Shown here one piece after another: positions 26,051-38,382 of a DNA stretch of 64,000 bases. Below the pieces are notes generated by a model. The model was not told where the DNA came from, made no database searches, and saw only the letters and a list, made by a program, of their open reading frames with translations. This stretch comes from Enoplolaimus lenunculus (Eukaryota). The position numbers were made by a program, and so were the translations under genes. Location of the stretch: contig JASANG010001737.1 in NCBI GenBank assembly GCA_030248215.1, forward strand, positions 124,001 to 188,000, read 5' to 3'. The number at the start of each line of letters is the position of its first letter. The first letter of the stretch is position 1.

Positions 26051-29000
26051 GGTTGTTGAGGTTGTTGTTGTTGTTGTTGTTGTTGTAGTGTTTGTTGTTG
26101 CTGTTGTTGCGGTTTTTATTGCTATGTGGTTACTGTTGCTGTTTCTGTTGGTCTATTGGGTGTTGATAATCTGTGTTGTTTGTTGTAGCTGTTGTTTTTG
26201 TAATGCAATTGATTGAAGTTCATTGTGTTCGTACATATTATTATGTGTTTTGATCATTAACAGTCAGTATGAGGTCAAAATACTTTTAGGATGCACCAGT
26301 AAACGCTGGCGCTTATTAAGTACAACAGGCAGCTTTATGTAGTATGTACATATGGTATTTTGGTTTTTTTGGTTAACTCACACTAGATTGGTTATGTTAT
26401 TGTTCAATATATACGTACATGAGTTCTAAAAAACAGTTATCGCGTGCTGTTGGTAAGTTCCCGGGGGGGAGTGCCGAATGACCGATATCCTATGTGTACC
26501 TTATGTTTCTATTTTCAAATTGTTAAGAATTATTTTTCAAAATTTAAATTCTATAAGTTTTGCACTTATTGAGAAAAAATCATTTACAATCATACTGTCA
26601 AAGCATTATATATATATATACTGGGAAAATGCTGAGTTCCTGAACAACATGAGGTATGGTGCATAGTCTTGTTGAAACGATAGTAACTAGACAAGAACTG
26701 TCGCTTGTTGCAATTTAGAAAAGCATCAAGGAACATTAGTATCCGAAATCGCCGTACTTAACTATTAATCCTTCTGAAACATATTGCGGTCGGCAAAACT
26801 ATTTCTGGTGTCAAAATTTGACGTTATTAGCAGACAGTTTAATGAAAATTTTAGTCTTGTTGAAACGATAGTAACTAGACAAGAACTGTCGCTTGTTGCA
26901 ATTTAGAAAAGCATCAAGGAACATTAGTATCCGAAATCGTCGTACTTATTAACTATTAATTCTTCTGAAACATATTGCGGTCGGCAAAACTATTTCTGGT
27001 GTCAAAAGGTGACGTTATTAGCAGACAGTTTAATGAAAATTTTAGTCTTGTTGAAACGATAGTAACTAGACAAGAACTGTCGCTTGTTGCAATTTAGAAA
27101 AGCATCAAGGAACATTAGTATCCGAAATCGTCGTACTTATTAACTATTAATTCTTCTGAAACATATTGCGGTCGGCAAAACTATTTCTGGTGTCAAAAGG
27201 TGACGTTATTAGCAGACAGTTTAATGAAAATTTTAGTCTTGTTGAAACGATAGTAACTAGACAAGAACTGTCGCTTGTTGCAATTTAGAAAAGCATCAAG
27301 GAACATTAGTATCCGAAATCGTCGTACTTATTAACTATTAATTCTTCTGAAACATATTGCGGTCGGCAAAACTATTTCTGGTGTCAAAATTTGACGTTAT
27401 TAGCAGACAGTTTAATGAAAATTTTAGTCTTGTTGAAACGATAGTAACTAGACAAGAACTGTCGCTTGTTGCAATTTAGAAAAGCATCAAGGAACATTAG
27501 TATCCGAAATCGTCGTACTTATTAACTATTAATTCTTCTGAAACATATTGCGGTCGGCAAAACTATTTCTGGTGTCAAAAGGTAACGTTATTAGCAGACA
27601 ATTTTATTGAAAAATTTCAACTACAGTTTGAATGAATCAAAATCGGCATATAACGGCTTGGTTGACATTCGTTTTTGTGTTAAATATTAATTTAAAGTTA
27701 TAGGCATTAGCACTTTAATATGTTCGTTATTTAATAAAATTTTCAACTACAGTTTGAATGAATCAAAATAGGCATATAACGGCTTGGTTGACATTCGTTT
27801 TTGTGTTAAATATTAATTTAAAGTTATAGGCATTAGCACTTTAATATGTTCGTTATCTAATAAAATTTTCAACTACAGTTTGAATGAATCAAAATAGGCA
27901 TATAACGGCTTGGTTGACATTCGTTTTTGCGTTAAATATGAATTTAAAGTTATAGGCATTAGCACTTTAATATGTTCGTTATCTAATAAAATTTTCAACT
28001 ACAGTTTGAATGAATCAAAATAGGCATATAACGGCTTGGTTGACATTCGTTTTTGCGTTAAATATTAATTTAAAGTTATAGGCATTAGCACTTTAATGTG
28101 TTCGTTATCTAATAAAAGTTTTCAACTACAGTTTGAATGAATCAAAATCGGCATATAACGGCTTGGTTGACATTCGTTTTTGCGTTAAATATGAATTTAA
28201 AGTTATAGGCATTAGCACTTTAATATGTTCGTTATCTAATAAAATTTTCAACTACAGTTTGAATGAATCAAAATAGGCATATAACGGCTTGGTTGACATT
28301 CGTTTTTGCGTTAAATATGAATTTAAAGTTATAGGCATTAGCACTTTAATATGTTCGTTATCTAATAAAATTTTCAACTACAGTTTGAATGAATCAAAAT
28401 AGGCATATAACGGCTTGGTTGACATTCGTTTTTGCGTTAAATATTAATTTAAAGTTATAGGCATTAGCACTTTAATATGTTCGTTATTTAATAAAATTTT
28501 CAACAGTATTCTTACTAGAAAATTTCAGAAATTTCCATGGATATTGGCTCGGTCGCAGAAAAATGACTATAGTCATGTATTAAATAAAGATTTTTGCTTT
28601 TACAAGGTTAATCGATGTTGCCAGAATACGATTCGAATTTTGAGCTTCTAGTGCTGACTGTGCAGTGAAACTAAATAACTCGACTGAGAAATACGCTGGA
28701 GCAATCGTGTTGTTCGCAATCGGTTTCTAAAGAATTAATTGCAAAGACGATTTCAGACGCTAATATTGCATGGTGTTTTCCGAAATTACATCAAACGACA
28801 AAGCTCGTTTTCGTGTACTTACTATCTGTTTAACAGGAATATAAAGCAAATCTAATGTTTCTAAAGTGCTGAGCTAGTTTTTCTTGTTTCAACTTGGAGT
28901 GAAACCAATCACATATATTCAAAAACAGGTCAAAAAATATCTTTCAAATAAAGCTCTATAAAGTATACGAAATAATTGCAAAAATTACATAGCTAACGAG

Positions 29001-32000
29001 TAAGATGTGCTTAATTGCAACGAGAAATTTCCATACCTGGACTTGCACCCGGACCGGACGTTACTCTGTCTGTTAAGTCTTCGTAAACGTCATTGACTGC
29101 AACATTGTGGTGGGTAACTTGTGCGAATTGAGTTCGCTTTCGGATTGTTGTTTGAAATACAACGCCACAGAACGTAATATGTGATTCGCTAATCTGCTAT
29201 TCAGGCCAATTACCAATTGGCATAGGCCAATCTGCTATTCGAAACAAATAGCAGCTTGGCCTAGGCCAATTTGCGATTGTGAGATTTCGCAAAACAACAG
29301 TTATATAATACCAACGCTAAATTGTTGCGGTATTGCGTCTGTCCAAATAATCAAATCTGATTGGTCAATAAGTTCAATAGCAGTCTATCCCCGGCCACGC
29401 TGCTATTACGTAAAATAGCAGATTGGCCGGGGTGAATTAGTAATTGGCCTGAATAGCCGATAGGCCTACGACATTACACCAACTTTGAACACTGCGACAA
29501 TTCAAAACAACTGTCAGGACTTTAGTTTTTGTAACGAAAACCATGGTTGAGATGCGAATGGAACTGTTGTAACTCGAAATAAATGCTTTATTTGTTACTG
29601 CTAGGGTGGATCATCGAGTAAGTGACAGTTGACAGCTGCAGCTGATATAATGATGTCAAAAAAATGTCGAAAGCTGGAGAGATGGGTATCGACGTTTGCA
29701 TGACTTGTTGGAGTCATGCGGTCTGTTTGGGGCCGAAATGGGGGGAGAGGCCGGAGGTTTTGTAAAATTGGTCCGGAGTACTTTTACGCCTTGTAACGGA
29801 TGGCTGAGCGCCTGGCTGGCTGGCATATAATATATATATCATATATATTATATATATAATGCTATATACATGCAAGGGCCGCAACGTGAAAATGTGGGTG
29901 CAGTGATTTGAGTATGACTTTTTAACTATTTTTAGCAGCAGTTCATATTTGGTGGGAAAGATGCAACTGCGATGGCGATATCAACGTTGGGTACGTTTAT
30001 AAACTGAAACAGTGCTGCAGTGTTCCAACGGAATTCCCAATCCGGCTAAAATTCCGAAAATAGTTTTGGGTTCCGATTCCGACTGACTTGTATTCCGATG
30101 CCGGAATTCCGATTTTTCGGTTATGAGTTTTTAACCTGATTGAACTTAAATTTTGCCTATTTTTAGTTTGTTTGCAAATCTGTGTGTTTTTGTTACTAAG
30201 TATTTCCAGTTGCAGAGTTAATTATTTCGCTGATTGTCAAAATGTCACTGCAATTGAAAATTTTAAGATAGATCGCTAATACAGTCAGCTATACAACCAA
30301 TGTTTACTGAAACTGTGAACAATGCAGACAAACATACTGCAACATACTGCAACAAAAGTCAAGTCATACACTTTAGTTTTTGATATATTTACTAAAACTT
30401 AAATTCCGATTCTGATTCCGGTTCCAACAAAAAAATTTTAATTCCGATTCCGCTTCCGACAAAATTTACTTCCGGGTTTTACTTGTGGAATGCAAGGTTA
30501 CGCACTTGCAAGTGGAAGGTGACACAAGACTGAGGTAGGGTGGATCCCGTAGCCAAGATAAGACCTGAGGGCCACTCAGCTCTGTGTCGAAAAAGGTTTG
30601 GGATCCCGTTTCGCGAACAATTATAGAACGACTTGTGAATGACGATAGAAATTTCTCGCGTGCCACCTGAGAAAATTTTGGCTCCGGGGTACATGTGTTG
30701 GATACGGGACTGTGTGGGGGTAAATTTTTTCAGATGTGTGTGGCGCCTATCAACAGTGTGTGGCTTACGTTTTACTTAACCTCCAAGCAGGGTGGGACCG
30801 AATTCACGATTTGACCGAATCCGAATCTTGCATGTTGAAAATTTGAAATATATCTGTAATTTGTTTCAAAAACAACACAATGCTACCTGTATAACTTTTA
30901 AATGTTAATACAGTTCGTGCCCGACCTCAGCTCTAAGATTTGTGACTTGAAACCAAAAAATATTAATTTGTATAGCAAGTTTTTTCAACTTTTAATTGTT
31001 TAAAAATTAAATAACATATTGCCGAACATTGTTGGATTCAACTTTTTCACAATCGAATCCGAACCTCAAATTTTTGTCCAATCGGAATCCGAAGCTCGCT
31101 TTGGTTGCCGTCCTACTTCCAAGTTGTTGTATTGTAATTCGAAATGTCTTTTGGTAGTGGCTGCAAATCTGTTCATTCCACCATATCGATTCTGGCTGAA
31201 CTTGTGGGTCACTGCTTAAAGAGTTATAAGTTCACTTTCAGGTGGAAACCCATGGCACGGACCTGGCCGGATGCGGCCCCCAAACCAAATTTCTCGGTAC
31301 GCCACTGGCGGCAGTGACCATCATGATACCAGGGGCGGTGATATGAAGACCCTAAAGGAGGCGCATGCACAATTTTTCGGGTCTTTTCGGTTATCCGCCC
31401 CAGCCAGCATATGTTCAAAGATGATTGGATTTTAAATTATTTTTTTGCATATTTGAACTTGCCAAACATCCCCTGGTCATTCCACACCCAAATTTGAATT
31501 TTTGAAAAATTTGATTTTTTTAAGATCTCGAGGTCCCTCTTGGTACCCCAAATTTTTTGTTACAAGGTTAAACAAATGATTTACCATTCAATGCAGCTTG
31601 TGAAGCTGAGTCCAAAAGGCCCATGATACAAACTTGTAGTGGCGGAATATTTGAAGTTGCCTACGTTTTCCTAGTCCGTTTCTTTCGAGACCAATTTCAC
31701 AGTAGTTCTCCTTGCGTGCAAGGATTTATCTCTCGCCAAGCTGCAATTCGATGCAATATTCTCGCCCATCTGTTTACTTTTAAAATAAATCGTTGTATGT
31801 AACGAAGTTATTTTTTTCAATATGCAACAATTGCACAATTGCAAATTTTGCGGTCATAACGTGTGTGTGCGCGAGCGCGCACTAAATAACAATGATAGCG
31901 CACGTACACCACCGACGCGTAGTATGAAGCAAACGTGTTCAAGTTGCTCAAGGACAGTAACGCCACAGGTGTACGTGTGTAAAATATAGGGATTAGTATG

Positions 32001-35000
32001 AGTTTATCTATCTGTATTAATAAATTGGAAACACCGACTATGTGTTAATTATCCTGAGGCCCCCAGGGTCAGCTTGTGTGAAGTGTATCACTGTATTCAC
32101 CCTGGTATACGACTCTGTCAAGCTTTTTTCATTGCTGCCGAAAAAGAGCACCCCACTGCCATCGGCCCAGCAATAAAAGTGAACCGACCGAAATTCATTT
32201 CTTGATTTTGTGCGTCGTCTGGTGGCCTGTCCCATGCGGTTTCATGCAGCACGGCACCCGCCTCCTGCTTCATGGGGCGCAAGTCGCGCACGTCTTCCAT
32301 TGCTGCCGTTGCGCCCGAATGCAGCTTGTTGAATGTTGAGCCAATTTGTCCACAAAAAGTCCTTCCATAATAGGCTCTGAGGTTATGGCTCCGCTTTGGT
32401 TTCATTTGACGTGATTGAATTCAGACGATTATTCGTGTTGAATTACTTGTTGCTGTTAGGGTGCAACCGGAACCGGAATTCAAAGCCCCGGCATTTTTTT
32501 CGCTTTCCGGTTTCAGTAGATTTTTGACGGGAATTAAAAATTTCGGTAGTATTAAATTTCGGTCATTTTTTTAATTTACTAACCTTTAACAAGTCTTTTT
32601 AAAGACACTTATTCAATTAGTAACGATAAAAATGAAATAAAGTTAATTAGTACAGTATATAAACCTTGACAATCACCGAAAATGAACCATCGGAAGTAGA
32701 TTTCGCTTCCATGGATAAGGAAAATCTAAAATGCATAGACTAAGTGAATACCTATCTTCAACTAAAGGTTTTTCACCAATAATACAACAAAAAAGAAACT
32801 AAAGATGAATTTACGGTAGCATGTATTTGTAACTTTCCGGTTCCGGTAATTTTTTCAAATTCCAGTTCCGGATCCGGTAAATTGTAATCCCGGTTGCACC
32901 TTGGTGGCAGTCCTCGGTCGCCATCCTTCCGCTGTGCCGTTTTCTTCCCCCCTTTGAGACGGCTCTGAACCCTTTACTAGGTATACGGCATGTCCGTTTG
33001 CAATAGTCACAAAGAGAAGTACATCTTGTGTTAGCTGTATATTCTTGAGGTCGTTTGTGTATTTGGATGATTTGTTTGCTTGTTTGTTTGTTGGTCGGTT
33101 GTTTTTCCTCTGCTTGTCCGTTGGTTGTTTATCAGTTGGTTGTCGGTTGGTTGATTGTTTTTTGGACTGCTGATTGGTTGATTGTTCGATTGTTGGTCTG
33201 TCTGAGTGCTTTATTAATTGGTTGTTTGTTTGCTTGATTGATTAATTGATTATTTATTACTGGTCTGTTTCATCTTGATTGTGTTTTGTTGATCACTGTT
33301 GATTTGGTGGCTTGTCTGATTGATTGTTTGTTGATGGTTGATTGGTTGTTTTGTTGTGTTTACATTATATCATTGCTGTGCTTCCTTTTACAATTGTGTT
33401 CAATTTTAGAAAACGAAGATTTAGTGTACGCTGAATTTATGCGCGTTCACAAATGTTACGATTTGATTCCGACCAGTACCAAACTTGTTGCCTTTGACAC
33501 TCAGTTGTTGGTAAGTTGTATATGGTTCAGTTTTCAATACCAACTTTTTATTAATTGCATTTGCATTACGCAATAATCTGTCTACTCCCTGAGCGTAGAC
33601 AAGAATTGTTTTACAAGGAAACAGTTCAATGAAAGTCTTGAAAAGTTTATTCTGATACGAGCGTAGCCAGAGATGAAATTTTTGTTCACCTTTGAAATGC
33701 ATGCAGAAGGTTTAATTTAACGCCGTTAAAAGTGACTATTTTATGATGATTTAGTCGAAATAAGTTTTCATTCTCAAACACATATTCGCAGTTTTACACC
33801 ATTGTGTATGCGGTTTTGTGAACTTCGGTATAAGTGTAATTATTGTGCCGTTGCTAATGGCAGATTTATGGTTTGTTTTAGGTCAAGAAAGCCTTTTTTG
33901 CCTTAGTGTATAATGGTTAGTTTAGCGAGTTTTTTTATTTTGACTGTGAGAACGGGTGTTTGTTTAGTCAGGCAGCATGCCAAACGTGATGGTTAGCATA
34001 TTAAATTAACCACTTAGCTTAACGATCCAGTCAAGTATTGGTTGCATACATTAATTGTGTCGATAGTGGGTCGAAAATTTATGTTAACGTTCGGGTGATA
34101 AGTTTTTGATTTTCATGATATTTCGGGACCGGAAAAGTAATTTATGGTTGTATTTTTAGTTGGTTTCCTGTGTTTTAAAAATGGCAAGTTTTTTACTAGC
34201 ATTTGCTTGTAATTCGCGTTTAAGTCTGAAATTAAACAAAGAAATATATTGCTTTATAAAACGGATTTTACGCAATTTGATGCGAAAGCAATAACCTAAT
34301 ATTATGACGAGAATGCTTTCTAGTTTGCACTTGAAATGTGGGATGTTAATATATGAAGTATGTTTTATTTTCGTTTCACTTCTTCTGTTTTAGGCGTACG
34401 TGCTGCTCCGCTGTGGGATCATAATTGTCAAAAATTTGTTGGTAAGTCATTGGTTCATGTTAATACTGTAAAAAATATATAGTATCCGATTGTTTAAATA
34501 CACCAATCCATGAATCAAAATGCGTTTTATGTTTTCAGTTGATTTTTTACGCACAGTGTAACATGCTTACAGCACATACTCGTATAGCAGGTATGTATCT
34601 TTATATTACCTTTGATCTACAACACGTAATTGAATAGCTTGGCTAAGCACCATGAAACGAAAGCAATCAATAGTGTAAGAATTGTGAAACTGTTGCAGAA
34701 ACCATTGCTTGGTGTGCGCCTATAATATGTCATTATTTTTATTTTCAGGCATGCTCACGATAACTGATTTTATCAACATATTACGAAAACAGTACAAAAC
34801 ACCAGACGGAGTTACCGTTGATATAGAAGAAGATCGCATATCAACATGGAAAGGTAATGGTACAACGTTACAACAATAGTTTATATAAATAAAGTTAGTG
34901 TCACTTGTGTAATATTAATTGATTTTGGTTAAAATTTGTCGTTCGAGAATGAATTGATGGCTTTTCTTCAACATCGTATACACACTTTAACGTGGATCAT

Positions 35001-38000
35001 GCGTTTTTGACTAGCTGATACTTTTATCCCTCAGCCCTGGTTGCTTACTACTATCTTATCGGTCCAAATTTTTTAAAAATTCTACAAATTCGACAATGCA
35101 AATTGCTTATCCAGATTATATCAGTATTAACACTGGCTGAGGTCTTAATACAAACATTTTGTTTTATTTAAGAGCCAAGCAAATCGAAATCGGTATTTCA
35201 TTGTATTGATGTCAACGAAAAGTACGTAACAAATAGCGAACATTATATTGTAATGACATTAACTTTGAACGTATTTTCGATTAGTTTTATTTGACGGCAT
35301 AAACACGTATTTGCAGTCAGCTGTGAATTTCAGAAATTTAAAGAATTATGAGGTCCTTTTTATCATTTTCGAGGTCGTTTCAGCGAAACTAAAGGGTGGA
35401 GGCCGCCGTGTTTTTAGCGTTTTTAGTTGGTGCTAGTTGCTAGTGGAAAAGTTAACATATAGCACAACTTATTCTTGGATGAGATAGTTTTTGATAGACG
35501 TTGCTTGTGCGAAACCAAACCCTGGTCGACATCTTGTTCTTGGTTGTTAGTGCTACTCGCTAATGGAAAATTGTTTGGTGTGTTGAATTTTTGGGATCTC
35601 GCGGTAATCTTGTTATTGATTTTATATAATTTCCAGTTTGCTCAACGCTGTTCGTATGCTGTGTGAGCACAAAATACATCGATTGCCAGTGATGAATGCC
35701 GAAACGGGCAATGTGCTTTATATATTGACTCATAAACGAATACTGCGATTTTTATATCTCTATGTAAGTTTGTTTTCTATCTTGTGGGGGGGGGGGGTGA
35801 AATGTGTGTTGTAGGGGGTTGCTTACACCTTGAAGGGTGTGTAATTTAGCAGTTTGAGGGGTAGTGTAACGATGGCGCTATACTTTGGAGACGTCCAGCG
35901 GCGCGTGCAAAGTATAGCCAACCGTGAGTGTGGCACAAAAATAGTATTGATAATAAGACATGTGCCGCTTTGAAAGATATGCGACCCTGAAAAATTGTAA
36001 TGCCAAACGCTAACGGTTTGTCCTTGACGTCTTACGGGAGCGATAACAGATTTATCGTGATTGCGCTCCAAACGCTACTCTGATCGCGATTGCTGGTTTC
36101 TTGATCGCAATCGTTCGCAAAAGCGATTTGAACTGCTCGCGTTTGCTGTGACCGTAACCGAGACTTAATCGTTGTAATAATTGGGTAGATTTTACTGTAT
36201 TATATTTTTAGATGCATGACCTTCCAAAACCGAAGTGGTTACGGAAAACGCCGAAAGAGCTCAATATTGGCACTTGGGGCAGTGTACATACGGTAATTTT
36301 CAGTATATTTTTTATTTTGTTAAGCTGTCAACTCATGCGTTCGTACATAATGTTACTTATCTTTGTAGATTGGTTTGTTCTATGTTTTGTTTACAATTGT
36401 TTGATATTAGAATATATTGTTAGGTATGAATTATTGCAATCATTAATTTTTTTAACATTATTTGAATAATTTTGTCAATTCAGGTTCATCCTGACACTCC
36501 ATTGATTGACGCGTTGAATTTATTTGTGGAGAAACGTGTCTCTGCGCTTCCAATTGTGGACAAAACAGGCGTTTTGGTTGACGTGTACGCGAAATTTGAC
36601 GTTATTGTAAGTTTGCCGAATATTGTTAAAAATGACATGGCTAGGGGCCGAAGTCAAGGTATTAGAATGTGTCGTATTTGAGGCAGGTGAGAAATGATGA
36701 GAAGCGTTTTGGTATTTTTTGGCTTTTAGACGTCATATTACCGCCAAATTTTTATAGTTGCTATGTTTTTTTAATGTTTGATACTTTCTCGCCTGTCGAA
36801 ATTCTGCTGTTGATTTTTGTTTGGAAGCGAAGTAATGGAGTGTGAATCAAATAACTTTCAAGTCTGCGACTGTGATTGTATAATAGTAAAAACTAACTAA
36901 TTTTTAGTAGGTTATGTGTGTATTCTGTTTGTTTTTATTTTTAGAACATTGCTGCCGAAAAAACATACAACAATCTAGACATAACCGTATCGGACGCTCT
37001 TAGACATCGCTCTGATGTAAGTTGCATTATTCATAATAACGTGCAGTTATGGCTGCATTTTCAAAATGGTAGCATTATTTTCAAACGTGTACAGCCATTA
37101 TCGCTAGGTAATAGTTGGTTTTTTTAAATAAGTAAATTAGTGCTGCTGTTAATGTCAAATTGCGTATTGCATGTGAACATTCTCTTTTGTAGAAGCAGTG
37201 TATTCGTACGTGAAATCTTTGTCTTACACACGATTTCATCGCCTTGAAAATTGCTGAATTGAAGCATGGCAAACCCGCTGTTGGGCATTGCTGTTGTGAT
37301 TGACAACAAAAGTGTTTTTATGTATTTTAGTGGTTCGAAGGTGTGAAGCATTGTTGGGACACCGATTGTTTATGGGTAGTTATTGAATCACTTGTGAAAG
37401 CTGAGGTAAGCGGCATGATTGATTTATGGTGCTTCCTTTATAATGAAACAAAACTATGGCTTTCTTGGTACGATCTTGGCCCAAGTTGACATTTTTTGCG
37501 CAAAAACTTAAGTATTTGTTTAAGTCGGCGACTTAATTGTACTTAAGATTAACTTAAGTAAACACTTAATTAAAATTTCAGAAACCAAGCCAATAAGATT
37601 GAAACATTTTGAAGCATACTAGTGGCAGAGATTTCCGGTACTTTGTCTGTTTGTGTAATTAAATCTCGAACGCTGAACATCTGGCGGAACATGTTCAATA
37701 TATTATACATTGTTCTACTTCTAGCTTACATTTATACACTCATAAACAAAATATAACGTATGCAAGCAAGAAGTTTTTCTGAAAAACAAGCCAGCATTGC
37801 AAATATTGCAACAATTTGGTCTGCGAGAGACTGCGGCTGGTACTGAAATTAACCAACGCGAAATTACTGCTTTACTGTAAAATTTTAGGTTCATCGAATG
37901 ATGATTGTAAACGCAGAGAAAAAAGTTGTGGGCATTGTGTCGCTGTCGGATCTATTAGCTCATCTTGTGCTCAACCATGCTCGAGGTAAGTGTCAGAGTA

Positions 38001-38382
38001 GAGGTGGTGTCGGGTCAGGGCTTTATCCGTTGTCATTGTGAAAAAACTGATTAACATATATTTCTTAGTGGCTCGTTTTGTCTACTCTCATCCGTTGCTG
38101 TTGTGTTATTGGGGATGAAGTTTCCAGCCAAGTCAGTGGTACCTTACGGCGAAATAGCCAAAAAGGGTCCAAAGACACCTGGCCCCTCCAATGACTTTGA
38201 CAAACATTTCTGTTATTAAGTCTGTGCTAGCTGAGTCAAATGTCCAAATACACTCAAGTTTACTGACGTGGCCCTCACAAAACCACAATATTACCGTATA
38301 AAGTTGCATATTGTACTGCGTGGTTGTAGAAGCAGAAGATGAGTATGGAGATCATGTCACAGACGCTATGGAATGGCAATAA
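23132..38382 (+). CDS. PRKAG: 5'-AMP-activated protein kinase subunit gamma (4 CBS domains), long N-terminal isoform; 13 coding exons, 1069 aa
   Basis: join(23132..25376,33410..33510,33882..33915,34394..34441,34749..34853,35173..35221,35637..35763,36212..36292,36484..36606,36945..37016,37331..37405,37889..37985,38330..38382). All introns are GT-AG and the phases match (3210 nt, one open frame). The translation contains AMPK-gamma signatures: [114 protein letters not shown]. Confidence 0.95.
25497..25697. mobile_element. palindromic MITE-like element
   Basis: AAAGTTTCACTCCA-TAACTATCAATTTA...TAAATTGATAGCTT-TGGAGTGAAACTTT imperfect ~70-bp inverted arms. Confidence 0.65.
25748..26110. repeat. 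long imperfect (GTT)n microsatellite
   Basis: ~360 bp of GTT with recurring GCG/ATT/GCT interruptions; source of the poly-C/V/L pseudo-ORFs. Confidence 0.97.
26664..27611. repeat. tandem array, 191-bp unit x5 (first unit 188 bp)
   Basis: TAGTCTTGTTGAAACGATAG recurs at 26664, 26852, 27043, 27234, 27425; units nearly identical. Confidence 0.97.
27612..28504. repeat. tandem array, 126-bp unit x7
   Basis: CAACTACAGTTTGAATG recurs at 27618, 27744, 27870, 27996, 28123, 28249, 28375. Confidence 0.97.
29185..29475. mobile_element. MITE-like element with GGCCAATCTGCTATT subrepeats (diverged copy ~12900-13100)
   Basis: Inverted ends CTATTCAGGCCAATTAC...GTAATTGGCCTGAATAG; colinear similarity with 12900-13100. 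Confidence 0.65.
30018..30465 (+). mobile_element. dispersed repeat with TTCCGA subrepeats (second copy 583-832)
   Basis: ~250 bp of clear similarity between 583-832 and 30018-30266. Confidence 0.75.
32458..32903. mobile_element. hAT-like MITE with CCGGAA subrepeats
   Basis: TAGGGTGCAACCGG...CCGGTTGCACCTTG; flanks GTTGCTGT / GTGGCAGT; related ends at 41582, 46594, 47785, 2973. Confidence 0.6.
33050..33360. repeat. degenerate (TTGN)n tetranucleotide low-complexity tract
   Basis: TTGG/TTGA/TTGT units just upstream of the exon-2 acceptor. Confidence 0.8.
33410..33510 (+). CDS. PRKAG: AMPK-gamma exon 2 ([34 protein letters not shown])
   Basis: ttttag acceptor, gtaagt donor, conserved pre-CBS1 sequence. 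Confidence 0.95.
33882..33915 (+). CDS. PRKAG: AMPK-gamma exon 3 ([12 protein letters not shown])
   Basis: ttttag acceptor, gttagt donor, conserved CBS1 motif. Confidence 0.93.
34394..34441 (+). CDS. PRKAG: AMPK-gamma exon 4 ([16 protein letters not shown])
   Basis: ttttag acceptor, gtaagt donor, VRAAPLWD motif. Confidence 0.95.
34749..34853 (+). CDS. PRKAG: AMPK-gamma exon 5 ([34 protein letters not shown])
   Basis: ttttcag acceptor, gtaatg donor, MLTITDFI motif. Confidence 0.95.
35173..35221 (+). CDS. PRKAG: AMPK-gamma exon 6 ([17 protein letters not shown])
   Basis: tttaag acceptor, gtacgt donor; bridges phase 1 to phase 2 exactly as the flanking exons require. Confidence 0.8.
35637..35763 (+). 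CDS. PRKAG: AMPK-gamma exon 7 ([42 protein letters not shown])
   Basis: ttccag acceptor, gtaagt donor, CBS2 motifs. Confidence 0.96.
36212..36292 (+). CDS. PRKAG: AMPK-gamma exon 8 ([27 protein letters not shown])
   Basis: ttttag acceptor, gtaatt donor, conserved LPKP...ELNIGT linker. Confidence 0.95.
36484..36606 (+). CDS. PRKAG: AMPK-gamma exon 9 ([41 protein letters not shown])
   Basis: attcag acceptor, gtaagt donor, CBS3 motifs. Confidence 0.96.
36945..37016 (+). CDS. PRKAG: AMPK-gamma exon 10 ([24 protein letters not shown])
   Basis: ttttag acceptor, gtaagt donor, [10 protein letters not shown] motif. Confidence 0.96.
37331..37405 (+). CDS. PRKAG: AMPK-gamma exon 11 ([25 protein letters not shown])
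   Basis: ttttag acceptor, gtaagc donor, FEGV..C motif. Confidence 0.95.
37889..37985 (+). CDS. PRKAG: AMPK-gamma exon 12 ([32 protein letters not shown])
   Basis: ttttag acceptor, gtaagt donor, CBS4 VHR and SLSD motifs. Confidence 0.95.
38330..38382 (+). CDS. PRKAG: AMPK-gamma probable last coding exon ([17 protein letters not shown])
   Basis: ttgtag acceptor in phase 1, short acidic tail, TAA stop; not conserved, so less certain. Confidence 0.65.

Noticed and set aside
25706..26216. ORFs of poly-Cys, poly-Val and poly-Leu
   Set aside because: They are translations of the (GTT)n microsatellite in three frames, inside an intron.
26664..28504. CRISPR-like array
   Set aside because: Units are head-to-tail and near-identical with no unique spacers; the context is eukaryotic and there are no cas genes.
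32118..32405. GC-richer intronic patch and 95-aa minus-strand ORF
   Set aside because: No recognisable domain and no phase-compatible splice sites into AMPK-gamma; left unexplained.
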